31,806 bases of DNA, from the NCBI RefSeq assembly GCF_006345805.1, contig NW_021829678.1:1-31806 (forward strand), read 5' to 3'. The notes beneath the pieces were generated by a model. It ran no database searches. It had not been told where the DNA came from and saw nothing but the letters and a program-made list of their open reading frames with translations. Each line of letters opens with the position of its first letter. Position 1 is the stretch's first letter. Made by a program: the position numbers and the translations under genes. Source of the DNA: Octopus sinensis (taxonomy: Eukaryota). Below, in pieces: positions 1-10,960 of the stretch.

Positions 1-193
1 TATGTTTTCATTATCTCCCTTATACCGGAAAATATCCCTGATACCTCCCCTGCCTGGAACTCCATATTTCACAACATAGCTTGACATAACACGATGTAGG
101 TAAAGAAGTTTGAGAAATTTGAAAAGAAAATACAAAACTAGTTATTTCTCCTAGAACTATGTTACTATACGCAAAATATAACATTTTTCTAAC

Positions 194-282
194 TCGGAAT
201 TTGAACTCGGAACATAAAGATACGAAATAGCAATAATCATTTCGCCCGGCGTTTCTAACGTTTCTGCCAGCTCGCCGCATTA
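194..282 (-). mobile_element. SINE family C, 5' tRNA-like head fragment
   Basis: Reverse complement reads GCGGCGAGCTGGCAGAAACGTTAG...CCGAGTTCAAATTCCG (A-box and B-box-like motifs); matches copies at 7168-7340, 7748-7918 and 9225-9448. Confidence 0.75.
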
Positions 283-283
283 T

Positions 284-312
284 CACACAACACACACAGA
301 AGCACACACACA

Positions 313-359
<47 letters not shown>

Positions 360-410
360 AAACACACACACACAAACACACACACATTCACACGCTTACA
401 CATGTGCGCC
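284..410. repeat. (CA)n microsatellite
   Basis: Directly visible dinucleotide array with occasional A/G interruptions. Confidence 0.95.
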
Positions 411-919
411 AAACAATTTTCAATTGCGTTCTCCAGTTATCACTAAGTCGTTGAAATAACAATCCATTTTTCCTGACAACGAATCGCCATTTTGGCTTAA
501 GTTCATGCAGTTTATCGTTAATTATTTAGAAATCTGTATGCAAGTGGTAGCTTTTCAGAAATTATTAATGTATTGTAGAGTTTCAGTTGAAAATTTGCTA
601 TTCACCAAGTGTTTTTCTAAGGACAAGCAAACGTTGCCATTGACATCCAGTAACTTAATATATAACAATTCAACGCATCTTGAAATATACGAAACGTAAC
701 CCCAAGGTGACAGCAGAGTGTGTTCTGCCATATAAAGATACATATGTGTATATATATACATGTGTGTATGTATGTATATTTGTAATGTATGAAAATGTTA
801 AGAAAGGAAACTGACGAAATGCTAGTTAAGGAAAGACACGAAAATTGCTGAGAATTGCTTGAGGGCTTTCAAGTTTGTTGTGAGTTTAATAATTCTCGGT
901 GCGTTTATGTTTTCATGAT

Positions 920-1260
920 ATTAAATAGTCGCGCGCGCGCGTACGTGTGTATGAGTGTGTGTGTATGTGTGTGTGTATGTGTGGTGTGGGCGATTGTTTA
1001 ATGCTGTTTGTGTGTGTGTTTCTATGTTTGTGTACACGGGAGCGTATGGGTGTTTGAGAGTGCATTTGTGATTCGGTCTGTGTATGTGTATATTTAATAT
1101 ATTTATAAGCGCATGTGTATTACTGTGTGTGTGTGCGTGTAAGTGTGTGTGTGTGTGTGCTAGTATATGTATATGTCTATTTGTGTATGTATGTATGTAT
1201 ATATGTATGTTTGTGTGAAAGGGTTTTTGTGCGTTAAGTATTTGAATTTGTGTGCGCATA

Positions 1261-1297
<37 letters not shown>

Positions 1298-1400
1298 TTT
1301 TGCGCTTGTGTGTGTATTTGTATATTCCTTTATTTGTTTCAGTCTTTTGACTGCTGCCATGTGTGTATATGTATCAGTTTCTGAATGTGTATGTGTGTTA
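920..1400. repeat. Degenerate (TG)n/(TATG)n microsatellite region
   Basis: Visible TG/TA-rich low-complexity tract. Confidence 0.85.
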
Positions 1401-1506
1401 ATATATGTAAAAGAAGGCATTTTGGTTAGAGCATACGGTTCATGATTGTGATGCTCTAACCACTGAACTGTTTTGCATTAATCTTGCATTATCTCATAGC
1501 TTTGGT

Positions 1507-1829
1507 GAAGGTCTGTGGCTGAGTGGTTAAGCTATTCGGCTCTCGATCGTAAGATCGTAGGTTCAATTCCAGGCGGAGATTTGTGCCCTTGAGCAAGACA
1601 CCTTATTTCCCGTTGCTCTACTTCACTCATCCCTCAAAAATGAGTTGTACCTGTGTTTCAAAGAACCAGCCTTGTCACGTTAGGTGTCACCTTGAATCTC
1701 CTTGAGAATAGCGTTAAGGGTACATGTGTCTGTGGAGTGCTCAGTCGCATTCACCTTAATTTCAGAAGCAGGCTGTTCCTTTGATCCGATGAACATGTGC
1801 GATCGTCGTCGTAAGCGACGGAGTGCCAA
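1507..1829 (+). mobile_element. SINE family B, near full length
   Basis: Head TGGCTGAGTGGTTAAG...GGTTCAATTCC (A/B boxes), then TTGAGCAAGACAC, ending GACGGAGTGCCA; colinear with 30708-31035 and 31577-31806. Confidence 0.85.
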
Positions 1830-2094
1830 TGTGTGTATGTGTACATGTGTAATTTTATATGAGAGAGTCCGTGTGTGATTTTGTCTGTGTCCGTCTGTGT
1901 GATTGTATGTGAGCGTCTGTGTGTGTATGTGCATAAATGCGTATGTATGTGATTATGTAAGTGTATTGATGTTTATATCATTTTATGATTGTGTGTGTGT
2001 GTGTATGTGTGTGTGTGTGTAAATGTATCAATGTGTGTGTATTTCGTTTACCTTTTAATTGTTCCGGTCATCAGAATCGATGGCAGTACTGTTT

Positions 2095-2416
2095 TTTAAA
2101 AGCCTGGTGGCTTCTTCTGTCGGTGCTTTTGCCGAACCGCTAAGCAAAGGGGGGAGGGTACGTAAAACACACCAACACCGGTTGTGAAGTGGTAATGGAG
2201 ACAAACACAGAAACAAAGAAACAGCCACACACACACGCACACTTTCATACTCAACGGGCTTCTTTCAGTTTCTGTTTTATCAAACCCACTCACGAAAATT
2301 TGCTCGGCCCGTGGCTGTAGTTGGAGACACTTGCTCAAGGTGCCATGCTGTGGGACTGAACCCGGATCAATGTGGTTCAGAAGAAAAGTTTTTACCACTC
2401 AGCTACACCCGCGCCT
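2095..2416 (-). mobile_element. SINE family A, diverged and 3'-truncated
   Basis: Matches family A (GGGACTGAACCCGG, GGCTTCTTTCAGTTTC, GCCGAACCGCTAAG on + strand) and ends GCGCC like the heads of other copies. Confidence 0.85.
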
Positions 2417-2567
2417 ATATATATATATATATATATATATATAGATATATATATATATATATATAAATATACATGTATTCATATTTTGAGTTCCAATTTT
2501 CTGTTTGCCTCAACATACCTGTGTGTGTGTGAGTGCCTGTGTGTGTGTGAGTGCCTGTGTGTGTGTA

Positions 2568-2607
<40 letters not shown>
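2416..2607. repeat. (TA)n/(TG)n microsatellites
   Basis: Directly visible. Confidence 0.9.
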
Positions 2608-2608
<1 letters not shown>

Positions 2609-3111
2609 CATTTTATAAAGGGCTTAGTAAAATAAATTACTTTGCCACATACTGAACTCATTAGAAATAGCAGCCAAAAAAAATTTTTTTAGCCATTTCT
2701 AATACTTAAAGAAAAATTTCTCTCAGATAGTGTTTACTCAGATTTGTTTACAAATCCGAATTAAGGAATTTTGAGCTGACGAAAGAAATGTCGAATTGTA
2801 TTTGGCTGATCTAGAAACGTACGTTCTCAAATAACCTTTGCACTTGTGATCTTTTAATGTTTTTACCCCCATACCTTCGTGGGCTATTTTGAGTAAACAC
2901 TATGAGAGAAATTTTTATTTAAGTATTAGAAATGGCTAAAAAAATTTTTTTTGGCTGCTATTTCTAATGAGTTCAGTATGTGGCAAAGTAATTTATTTTA
3001 CTAAGCCCTTTATAAAATGTAATATTTTGAATTCACCTTAAATGGTCCCTTTACATACTGAATACTTGGTGAAATTGATTAATAATTAATTAATTTTACC
3101 CTCAATTGTTG

Positions 3112-3115
<4 letters not shown>
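2609..3115 (+). mobile_element. (TA)n-flanked fold-back cassette with ~130-bp inverted repeats enclosing a hammerhead (Penelope pLTR or retrozyme-like; MITE is the alternative reading)
   Basis: Arms 2609-2740 and 2890-3019 are reverse complements except for one substitution and a 2-bp indel. The spacer holds the hammerhead fold. Both sides abut (TA)n. The 3' end resembles 28544-28581. Confidence 0.7.
2770..2831 (+). ncRNA. Minimal type I hammerhead ribozyme candidate
   Basis: TTTGAG / CTGACGA / 31-nt stem II hairpin / GAAA-C-GTAC-G-T-T / CTCAAA. Stem I 6 bp, all core nucleotides present, stem III ACGTACGT self-complementary, cleavage triplet GUU. Position 10.1-11.1 is an A-A mismatch. Confidence 0.75.
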
Positions 3116-3170
<55 letters not shown>

Positions 3171-3522
3171 TGTAGTGTATGTAATCTTATATCATGGTGT
3201 TTTCGTAGTGACTATGTATATGTATGTGTGTGTTTGTGTTGAATACGCGTACTTGTGATCCTGTGTCAGTCTATCTTATATATGTATATATGTGTATGTA
3301 TGCTAATCTCACTGTTTGTAAGTCATTAAGTATATGTGTGTAAGTATGAGTTTGTTTTTGTGTGTATGTTTATGCTTTAGTTTTGGATGTGGATTTGCGT
3401 AAATTTATCTGTGTGTTTGTGGGTCTGCGTGCGTCCGAGTTCATATGTGTATTTGTGAAGGTTGTGTTTTCAATCTTTCTTGGCGTGTATGCGTCTGTTA
3501 TGAATGTGTATGTATGTATATA

Positions 3523-3566
<44 letters not shown>

Positions 3567-3568
3567 TA

Positions 3569-3638
<70 letters not shown>

Positions 3639-3860
3639 GTAAGCCTATATCTGTGTATGCTGGTAAATGCTTTCGTATCTGTCTGGATGTATATGAGCGC
3701 CTGTGTTTGATTGCTTCCGTGTGTGTGTGTGTCTGTGTGTATCTGTGTGTGTGTGTGTGTGAGCGTGCATGCGTTCTCATGAGTGTGTTTGTATGCGTAT
3801 ATATGTTTATGTACAGATAAGCATGTAGCTATATATGTGCGTGCGTGCGCATGTGTGATG
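3116..3860. repeat. (TA)n/(TG)n microsatellites and degenerate TG-rich sequence
   Basis: Pure tracts at 3116-3170 and 3515-3640 with degenerate TG-rich sequence between and after. Confidence 0.8.
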
Positions 3861-4331
3861 TGGTTCTATGCCTCAAAACACTTATAAGTTTCTTTTAAAT
3901 GTCAAAATCTTTCCAATCCTGACGCCGAATCTAAGAATGAACTTTCAACCATTTCAGAATTCCATGCCCACCCCTCCACACACCGACCAACCACACCCAG
4001 CAATTTCGACAAAATATCGAAAGTTAAAAGAAACAGACAACTTCCACGCGCACGAGTGCCTTGCGGTATTTGATTACGTCCCTTTTATGCTCAACTTCCG
4101 CCGGTGTCGCACTGATCATTGACTGGGAGACTCTCTCCTCAAATAAGAGGCTTTACACCACCGATGTTAGAAATCCTTAGTATTATATTTCAAGCTCGTT
4201 GTATTTATTGTTGTTAGTGTAGTTTTTTAGCCCTAGGTAGGCCTTGATCAACCAGACCTACAAGGAAAAGTAACTCAGCTCTGGTTATGATGTCTTTTTT
4301 GAAAGCTTCGAATGACTATATGAACGAATGT

Positions 4332-4638
4332 TGCTGTTTGTTCCTTCTCGAGCCATGCCCGGCTCATAAGGGCCGTTTTCCCGGTTTCCTTGGCGTATAG
4401 GTTCCCCACCTGAACGGGACGCCGGTCCGTCGCAGGTGAGCTGCAAAATGCAGGAGGAAAGATAGAGAGAAAGTTGTGGCGAAAGAATCAGCAGAAGTTT
4501 CGCCATTACCTTCTGCTGGAGCTGCGTGGAGCTTAGGTGTTTCGCTCATAAACACACACATCACCCGGTCTGAGATTCGAACCCGCGATCCCTCGACCGT
4601 GAGTCCGCTGCTCTAACCACTAGGCCATGTGCCTCCAC
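4332..4638 (-). mobile_element. Young full-length tRNA-derived SINE (family E) with 14-bp target-site duplication
   Basis: Head GTGGAGGCACATGGCCTAGTGGTTAGAGC...GGGTTCGAATCTC; central CCTGCGACGGACCGGCGTCCCG...GGAAACCGGG; ATATGAACGAATGT repeated at 4318-4331 and 4639-4652. Confidence 0.92.
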
Positions 4639-5507
4639 ATATGAACGAATGTACGTAGTCGTATGCCGGAAGTGTTATTATGAAAATAATAAACAGTCTC
4701 ACTTGTTCAATTTCATTTCTTTATTTTTCGAATAGAGAAGTAAAATCGAACCTGTGCGTGTGTCTATTATTGTTGGCATAACGACTCTACCGCCATAGAA
4801 GAATATCTTTCGACACATGAATTCATATCAAGAATCTTCCATATCAAATACAAGAGTGAATCTAATGTATTATTTCCTTCTTAGATAGTAATTTTGATTT
4901 GAAGAATTCGCGCAACTATTTCTAGCCGTTTTGATGACCACGTCGAGGCTCCTTACCTTTTATTTCGAATAAGCAGCAAACATCACGAAGTTCTTCTGTG
5001 ATATTTTAAATTATATTATTTCTCATACCGAGACAACATCAGAATTAAGTTCAAATATAATTTTACACATTAAAAAGAAAGAAAAAAAACCGAAATCGGT
5101 AAAATTTTTCTTATCACGCAGCTAAATTACATTTATCTCCATTAAAATTATTTTACTGTTTATAATTTTTCTACGTAACTCGCATACATTTTCTATAATA
5201 TATAAACTCATAATATATATAAATACATTCCTAAACGTGAACTGATTTCCATTATGTAAATGACTGATATTACACGTTGGATACTCGCAACTTTGTCTGT
5301 ACGTTGCTTACACTACTCTTTCAATACGACAAAAAAAAAAGACAAAAATAAATAAAAAATAAAAATAAAACAAAAAACCTTTTATGTTCTTCATAATTTC
5401 TTACTAAATCTTTTATTAGTAGATTAGTTTTCATACATTATGAAACATTACGATGTAAAAGCATTTCAGCCTCTAGCAAAATATTTACTGTTAATGTGTT
5501 GCCAAAA

Positions 5508-5790
5508 ATGATAAACTATGATGTGATCAGAGCGTTCTCTATTGTTCGAACTGATTAAGTTCTATTGATTATCATAATAATCAGACTGGAAGCAGACCAA
5601 AGTTTTAGAAGAAATAAAATAGAATGCAACCAGGTGTTATGCAATAGAAATGTTTACGCTTGGTAAAAGAATGGTTTAGTTTGAGATGTAACAGCAAGAG
5701 AAAGGAATAGCTATGGGTTCTCCATTATCACCGTTAAGTGCTGACATCTATTTGCTGACGTCTATATGGAATATTTTGATCGCTAAGTTC
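5508..5790 (+). mobile_element. Degenerate Penelope-like element reverse-transcriptase fragment
   Basis: 5692-5754 translates QQEKGIAMGSPLSPLSADIYL (PLE RT motif QxxGxAMGSPLSPxxAxIYM); MINYDVIRAF at 5508 resembles the SFDVxSLF motif; frameshifts and stops present. Confidence 0.7.
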
Positions 5791-6011
5791 TGAAATAAAA
5801 CTCACAGCTTGACTGAGGTATGAGGGCAAAACCTAAAAACCTAAATAACAACATAGAAACCTTTACGTTATCGCTTGATATTCCAGAAAGAACAGTCAAA
5901 CACCACTCAAATCGCATTCAGCTGTCTTAAAATCAGAAGGACGTTTTGTCTTCTAGCGGACAGTTATCACAAGGGATATAATAATTTCTTCCATACATTT
6001 GGCAGAATTGT

Positions 6012-6295
6012 GAAGGCAAGTAGCCTAGCGGTTACGCATGTGCAGCCTTCGTTGTTTCGATCTCCAGACGGGCTGCGCGTTGAGTTCTTGAGCAAAACAC
6101 TTCATTTCACCTTACTCCAGTCCACTCAATGAGTAACCTTGAGTAACCCTGAGACGGATTAGCCTTCCAATCCCGGAGAAATCCTGGAGTGCTCGCCTAA
6201 CCAGCGGAGTGACATCATTCCAAAGCCAAATCGATGTTAGGCGATGTATAACAGCATCCGAGAGTCTGGTTGATCATCTGATAACGTAATTTGGC
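6012..6295 (+). mobile_element. Old SINE (family D) fragment
   Basis: TAGCCTAGCGGTTA head, TTGAGCAAAACACTTCATTTCAC, CCCTGAGACGGATTAGCCTTCC central module; related to 9935-10185 and to the core of family E. Confidence 0.6.
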
Positions 6296-6604
6296 AAGAT
6301 TAGAAGTTTGGATATGAAATAGAGGAATTATAGAACACACGTATTTAATTGTTTTGCTTACTTATTACGAAGTTCTTAAAATTTCTTAAACTACGTAAGA
6401 GTTGCCAAGAACAGTGCCAACCGGAATTAAGTCTAGTAAACAGATTAAGCATCAGAATAAAATACCAAAACGTAAAAGACTTATTCATGGTAACAACATT
6501 GGGACATTATGTAACAAAACTGAAGACAGTCAATGGTATTAGTATCTAAATTTAGCATCATTGTAACGAAATATCAGCAGTCGTTTATAATATTAAAAGA
6601 ATGT

Positions 6605-6777
6605 CTGTAGGAATGGCTGTGTGGTAAGTAGCTTGTTTACGAACCACATGGTTCCGGGTTCAGTCCCACTGCGTGGCACCTTGGGAAAGTGTCTTCTACT
6701 ATAGCCTCGGGGCGACCAAAGCCTTGTGAGTTGATTTGGTAGACGGAAACTGAAAGAAGCCCGTCGTATATATATAT

Positions 6778-6853
<76 letters not shown>

Positions 6854-7118
6854 GTATATATATAATATATATATATAATATATATATATGTGTGTGTGTG
6901 TGTATGTTTGTGTGTCTGTGTTTGTCCCCCCCTCAACATCGCTTGACAACCGATGCTGGTGTGTTTACGTCAGAGTAACTTAGCAGTTTGGCAAGAGAGA
7001 CCGATAGAATAAGTACTAGGCTTACAAAGAATAAGTCCTGGGGTCGATTTGCTCGACTAAAGGTTGTGCTCCAGCATGGCCACAGTCAAATGACTGAAAC
7101 AAATAAAATAATAAAATA
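6605..7118 (+). mobile_element. SINE family A, full length with internal (TA)n(TG)n
   Basis: TGGCTGTGTGGTAAG...GGGTTCAGTCCC head, CCTTGGGAAAGTGTCTT, ~140-bp internal microsatellite, tail CAGTCAAATGACTGAAACAA; colinear with many copies in the window. Confidence 0.92.
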
Positions 7119-7167
7119 GTAAATAGTAACAATTACGGGTAATAATTCTTTTCCCTTATAGGGATGG

Positions 7168-7340
7168 AGTTTGAAATTTGGAGGGGAGAGTAAGTCGATT
7201 ACATCGTCCCCAGTGTTTAACTGGTATTTATTTTATTGACCCCGGAAAGGATTTCAGTCAAAGGCAATGGTCATCGTGGAATTTGAATTCAGAAACTAAA
7301 GCCGGTAGAAATACCGCTAAGCATTTTGCCATCTTCGCCC
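7168..7340 (-). mobile_element. SINE family C fragment (Deu/Nin-like central domain)
   Basis: Reverse complement CCTTTCCGGGGTCAATAAAATAAATACCAG...CTGGGG resembles the Deu/Nin domain, adjacent to a B-box-like GAATTCAAATTCC. Confidence 0.7.
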
Positions 7341-7377
7341 GATCTTTCAGGGATAACTTTCTCTCTCAGCCCATTTC

Positions 7378-7745
7378 TGGGTTAGATTGGCCAACCTGCT
7401 CGCCACCTCGTCCCAGTTCTGGAGATCTGGATCGAACTAGACGTCGAGTAATTTAACAGGTCATTCTGTCCAGCGTCGCACGTCACTATTGGAAGGCATG
7501 GACTTGCGTCTCTAAATGCCAAGTTGCAGGCCCACTGACTTTTGATCAAGTTTTGCTCCTGTCACCGAATCATTTTGTTTTAGAGCGCGGTGCCAACTAG
7601 ACCTATGTGCTTGGTGTTCGACACTATGACGGTGACGTCGTCTGCGTATGACAACACGATTCTCCCACGTCCTAGTTCGAGCGGAATGTCTTTCAACGCC
7701 TCCAATTTCTGCAGTTATGGCTCTAGTGCCATCACATACAGGAGA
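7378..7745 (-). mobile_element. Degenerate Tx1/L1-clade LINE ORF2 reverse-transcriptase fragment
   Basis: Minus strand reads YVMALEP*LQKLEALKDIP...VLSYADDVTVIVSNTKHIGLVGTAL...VTGAKLDQKSVGLQLG...RWTE*PVKLL..NWDEVASR; YADD at 7637-7648; stops and frameshifts present. Confidence 0.85.
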
Positions 7746-7747
7746 TA

Positions 7748-7918
7748 CGAGGGGGCGGGGAACGCAATGTTTCACTGGTAACTATTTTAACGACGCTGAA
7801 ATGTTGAAAGGCAGAATAGAAATCAGTGGAATTCGATCTTAGAACCAAAAAAACGGAAGAAATGTCGCTAAGTATTATTGTCCAGCGTGCTAACGATTCT
7901 GCCAGCTCATCGTCTTAA
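7748..7918 (-). mobile_element. SINE family C, diverged
   Basis: GCGTGCTAACGATTCTGCCAGCTC and GAAAGGCAGAATAGAAATCAGTGGAATTCG match the family C head and centre. Confidence 0.7.
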
Positions 7919-8164
7919 TTAAAGGTAATTATAGCTTCGGAAAACCAGCCAGAGAAACCATGTATGGAGTCGCTTGATCTTCTGGAAGAAGCAGCCAAAT
8001 CGTTCTTAAAACACTCAGACGGAAGTTTTAAATAAATGACATGTTAGATTATGTTGTTGAGGTCATAGCTATAAAAAGACGGAGAGGTCACGGATGGAAT
8101 GTCTTTCATCAGAGGTCTCTTGACTCAGAGATAAGTTGTGGTTAAACATCACCACCACTGATTT

Positions 8165-8480
8165 CCATCCCACCAAACACCATTACCGCCACCGCCGCCG
8201 CCACCACCACCACCACCACCACCACCACCAACACCACCACCACCACCACCACTACCACCATCACTACCACCAGCAACTGTAACAACAGCCCCGGCTCCAT
8301 CACCAACTACTCACCAAAAGCATCAGCGTCACCAAACCCCAACCCCCACAAATGCTATCACACTCACCACCACCATCTCTGTCATCGCCATCACCAACAC
8401 CACCGTTGCCGCCGCCACCACCACCACCATCAACATCAACCAAAAAGCAACACCATCAACCACTAAAACAACAACAACAA
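8165..8480. repeat. Degenerate (CCA/CAA)n trinucleotide repeat
   Basis: Directly visible. Confidence 0.9.
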
Positions 8481-8754
8481 CAAATGTTGTGACACGTCTG
8501 TCTGCTTGTAATCTCAATATATGCAGACATACGAATTATTGTATTGTTTTCTTTTTTTGTTTTTTTTTGGGTTTTTTTGTCTATTGCTTTAGGTCACGTG
8601 ATATTTTTACATTTTTATTTATAGTTATTTATGCTCAGGAGAAAAAAAATCGATAATGCTTGAGTTGTTAATTTTAAATACACATCTTTATCTGATCCGG
8701 ATTAAATAATATTATTCATTTCTTGATGATTCTTGAAATTGGAACTGACGAAAA

Positions 8755-8840
8755 AGAAAGAAGAAGAAAGAAAGAAAGAAAAAGAAAGAAAGAAAGAAAG
8801 AAAAAGAAAGAAAAAGAAAGAAATAAGAAAGAAAAGAAAC
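8755..8840. repeat. (GAAA)n repeat
   Basis: Directly visible. Confidence 0.9.
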
Positions 8841-9224
8841 GGTGATTCTGAAAACTCTGTGATAAAAGTCATTAAAGAAAGACAATAAAATATAATTTTA
8901 TAATATTTTATTATTTTGTTTTAACTTTTAGTCAGTGGTGGGTGCAGCGATTGAGAAAGGACTGGTGGACCCGGTCGGGTCTATGTAGGATGACCCTAGC
9001 CCCTTCAAGTAAGTAAGTAAGCAAGCAAGCAGTTCAAGTCAGGAGGAGAGGTATTACCCATGACCCTTTTACAGGGCTTCCAACTCTTGTGAGAAGGAGG
9101 CAGGAGGTTGTCCTGAAACCGGAAGCCTGGCCCGAATACTTGCAACAGTGTCGACTCCACTCAAGTGACCCAGGGCGAAAACTGGTGTCGTTAAGTCTGC
9201 TGGTAAGTTAAGCCAAGGATAGGA

Positions 9225-9448
9225 GTTGGACCTAGTGGAATCTGAACTCAGAATGCTAAGAACCGGACGTCTTTATAATTCCGTCAGTCGACCGTCTTCG
9301 GATAGACATCTTTCTTTCGTCGACTTGGAAAAGATGAAAAGCAAAGTTGACTTCGGCAGGATTTGAACTCAGCGTAAAGAGTATCGCAACGAACACTACG
9401 AGTCATTCTGTCTCACGTTTTAACGGTTCTGCTACTGGTTCGCCACCG
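9225..9448 (-). mobile_element. SINE family C fragments (two partial heads)
   Basis: GGAATCTGAACTCAG and GAAAAGCAAAGTTGACTTCGGCAGGATTTGAACTCAG...TTAACGGTTCTGC match family C. Confidence 0.65.
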
Positions 9449-9934
9449 TTACATCGGAAAATGTGCTTTAAAAAGCACATTATAAAAAAAATTCAGTAAA
9501 CGTTCTGTAGTAAGTTGGATATACTGCACGCTAAAGAAAAATAAGCAAAATACTAATCGATACACCTCCAGGCTTTGTTAGAGTAACGGAATGTCAGAAA
9601 GACAATGGTAGCTTGTCACAGATTCTATTTCTTTCAATGTGATTGCTTTCAAGAAAATGAGAGGACTGGAGTCAGGAAAACCGAAATACTATTCAATACA
9701 TTCTCCTCTCATTCATCTATCATTTGGCATATATACGATCGACCCCTTTCATCAATGGTACATTCAATACGGTGTTCCGCTTTTGTTTTTGTTTTTTTTT
9801 ATTTTTGTTTTGCTAGATTGAGATTAGAGCAAATTTTATATCGACAAGGTCTATAATCGATATATTTGTTAGTAATGTACTATTACCAAGTAGTTAGCGT
9901 TCGTGTTAACACATTCAAGTGCTGGGTGTGTGAG

Positions 9935-10185
9935 TGGTACGTGACTTGGTAGCTGGGGTGTTTGGTTCACGATTGAAAGATCGAGGTTTCGATTCCGATT
10001 CCCGGACAGCGAGGTGCGATGTGTTCCGGTGCAAAATATTTCATTTCAAGTTGTTGTCCAGTTCACTCAGTTGCAAAGGAGAAACCCAGCGGCAAAAAAA
10101 AAATAAATAAATAAAACTGGCGTCCCAATCAGAAAGAAGGGCTGTTATGTCTGTGGCTTATATGCCCCGGAAACCGGGTTAGCGG
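9935..10185 (+). mobile_element. Old SINE (family D)
   Basis: GGTTTCGATTCC B-box-like motif, AAAATATTTCATTTCA, CTGGCGTCCC and GGAAACCGGG modules shared with family E. Confidence 0.6.
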
Positions 10186-10239
10186 CTGTGTAGAGAAACT
10201 AACACACCGAGGGACTCGGACCGTAAGGTCTAGGCGTTG

Positions 10240-10640
10240 ATGCTGGTGCTGTAAAGGATGATAATGATGATGTTGATGATGATGATAATGATGAAGAACA
10301 CGGTAATGATGCTAATGACGATGACGATGATGACGGTGACGACGACGACGACGACGATGATGATGATGTTGATGTTGATGAGGATGCTGCTGCTGTTGCT
10401 GCTCATGCTGCTGCTGCTGATGTTAATGACGGTGATGTTGATCACGATAAGGATGTTAATAATGATGATGAGGCTGATGATGATGACAACGACGACGATA
10501 ATGATAATGATGACGATGATACAGATGTTTATGATAAGGATGATGACGAGAACAATGATGATGATGATGAAGACGACGACGACGATGATGATGATGAAGA
10601 TTATGATGATGATGATAATCATGATGATGAAGATGATGAC

Positions 10641-10695
<55 letters not shown>

Positions 10696-10780
10696 TTGAT
10701 GAACAAACTACTGCTGCTGCTGCTGATGATGATGTTAATGATGTTGATGGCGATGAGAATGTTAATAATGATGATGAGGT

Positions 10781-10831
<51 letters not shown>

Positions 10832-10960
10832 GCACGATGATGATGAGCACGATGATGATGAGCACGATGATGATGAGCACGATGATGATGACGACGACAG
10901 TGAAGATAATGTTGATGATATCAATATTGTTGTCGTTGTTGATGGTGATGATGACGATAA
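10240..10960. repeat. Degenerate (GAT)n trinucleotide array with internal higher-order repeats
   Basis: Visible; GAGCACGATGATGAT x4 and a ~70-bp internal duplication (10417-10485 vs 10722-10790). Confidence 0.9.

Noticed and set aside
505-699. ORF ending TSSNLIY...EIYET, reminiscent of a GIY-YIG start
   Set aside because: The similarity is too short and lacks the CxxC and YIG residues; cannot be supported.
2040-2075. Minus-strand CTGATGA...GAAA
   Set aside because: No closing stems; it runs into a (CA)n tract.
3880-4180. CpG-retaining segment, possibly retroelement-derived
   Set aside because: No recognisable motif or second copy in the window; left unassigned. The same applies to 8930-9220.
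4560-4638. tRNA gene
   Set aside because: The tRNA-like sequence continues into a SINE body bounded by a TSD, so it is a SINE head. The same applies to the other A/B-box motifs.
6520-6582. CTGAAGA...GAAA...GTC hammerhead-like string downstream of the PLE fragment
   Set aside because: Stem II is out of register with the core, and stems I and III do not form; at best a heavily decayed remnant.
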